In this document: piece after piece, positions 55,657 to 56,575 of the stretch
Position numbering within the stretch: position 1 is the stretch's first letter
Layout: the number at the start of each line of letters is the position of its first letter
NCBI GenBank assembly: GCA_030141605.1
Contig: JAQGDQ010001190.1
Location: 1-56,575, forward strand
Direction: 5' to 3'
From: Tubiluchus corallicola
Lineage: Eukaryota; Animalia; Priapulida
Length of the DNA: 56,575 nt
Translations under genes and position numbers: made by a program
The notes under the pieces: model-generated
What the model was told of the DNA's origin: nothing
The model's input: only the letters and a program-made list of their open reading frames with translations
The model's database searches: none

Positions 55657-55746
55657 CCCAACAACAAAGGCTCTGGTGATGACGAAGAATTTTGCTCCAG
55701 TTAGACCGGGACTCAATCCGTTTAGCTTTACTAGAAACACGTTTAC
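55657..55746 (-). CDS. Penultimate exon of the same GRL gene: VNVFLVKLNGLSPGLTGAKFFVITRAFVVG
   Basis: Acceptor gcttttag| and donor |gtaaag, 90 nt, phase 0-0. Matches the GR/GRL F...L.....GLT...FF.I pattern preceding TM7b. Confidence 0.78.
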
Positions 55747-56074
55747 CTAAAAGCACAAGAAATTAGAGTGCCACTTGACTGGTCACGTGATTTCAGTTTC
55801 AGTTTATTTCAGTTTAGTTTTATTCACGCATAGCTCATAAAATGCTGCAAACAAAGGAAAATGTGTCGTGGAATGTTTACAAGTTCGCGGACAAAGCTAG
55901 GTTAATATGTGGTTAGATCAGCAGTTTTTTGAATAATTTTGGCAAAATTTCACGGCACCTTACCGATGTCCAGATGCAAATATCTTGTTAAATGGCTTTC
56001 GTGCTAACTACATTTCTAAAGCTGCGTTCACATTGTTATGCAGAAAGGAGATTTTTGCTTTGCATGATTATTTT

Positions 56075-56545
56075 GGCACTAGTTAGGAGCTATGCGTCCT
56101 CCGTACGAGGAAATTTCTCGCTTGAAACTTTGTACAGTTATTCTGTCACTAACTAGGAGCTACGCATCCTCTGTACGAGGAAATTTCTCGCTTTAAACTT
56201 TATACAGTTATTCTGCCACTAGCTAGGAGCTATGCGTCCTCCGTACGAGGAAATTTCCCACTTGAAACTTTGTTCAGTTATTCTGCCACTAGCTAGGAGC
56301 TATGCGTCCTCCGTACGAGGAAATTTCCTACTTGAAACTTTGTACAGTTATTCTGCCACTAGCTAGGAGCTATGCGTCCTCCGTACGAGGAAATTTCTCG
56401 CTTGAAACTTTGTACAGTTATTCTGCCACTAGCTAGGAGCTATGCGTCCTCCGTACGAGGAAATTTCCCACTTGAAACTTTGTTCAGTTATTCTGCCACT
56501 AGCTAGGAACTATGCGTCCTCCGTACGAGGAAATTTCCCCCTTGA
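56075..56545. repeat. 70-bp tandem repeat (~6.6 units) with overlapping palindromes
   Basis: Unit actagctaggagctatgcgtcctccgtacgaggaaatttctcgcttgaaactttgtacagttattctgcc. Confidence 0.95.
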
Positions 56546-56575
56546 TAGAAAATACTGCATGGTTCATTTTCACTA

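Overview
AT-rich, repeat-dense animal genomic DNA (invertebrate, probably lophotrochozoan; this is inferred). Most entries in the ORF track are micro- or minisatellite artefacts, and the real genes are mostly spliced and missed by the track. The main find is two paralogous three-exon genes for small, Cys-poor secreted peptide precursors: 2011-4413 (75 aa) and 12736-17736 (71 aa). They share near-identical signal peptides, introns and 3' UTRs, but their mature regions differ almost entirely by amino-acid-changing substitutions, the pattern seen in toxin, antimicrobial-peptide and pheromone families. A third copy probably lies just upstream of the window. Other genes are an intronless cadherin-repeat membrane protein, an EPN/WND C-type lectin with a head-to-head paralogous signal-peptide exon, a disrupted LRR/mucin-stalk/TM receptor, and the last two exons of a gustatory-receptor-like (GRL/7TMIC) gene. 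Mobile DNA includes an internally deleted LINE, LINE 3' fragments, a 5S-derived SINE, and several MITEs (hAT, Tc1/pogo, Kolobok-like). There are many tandem arrays and no CRISPR array. All calls were made by eye; no searches were run.
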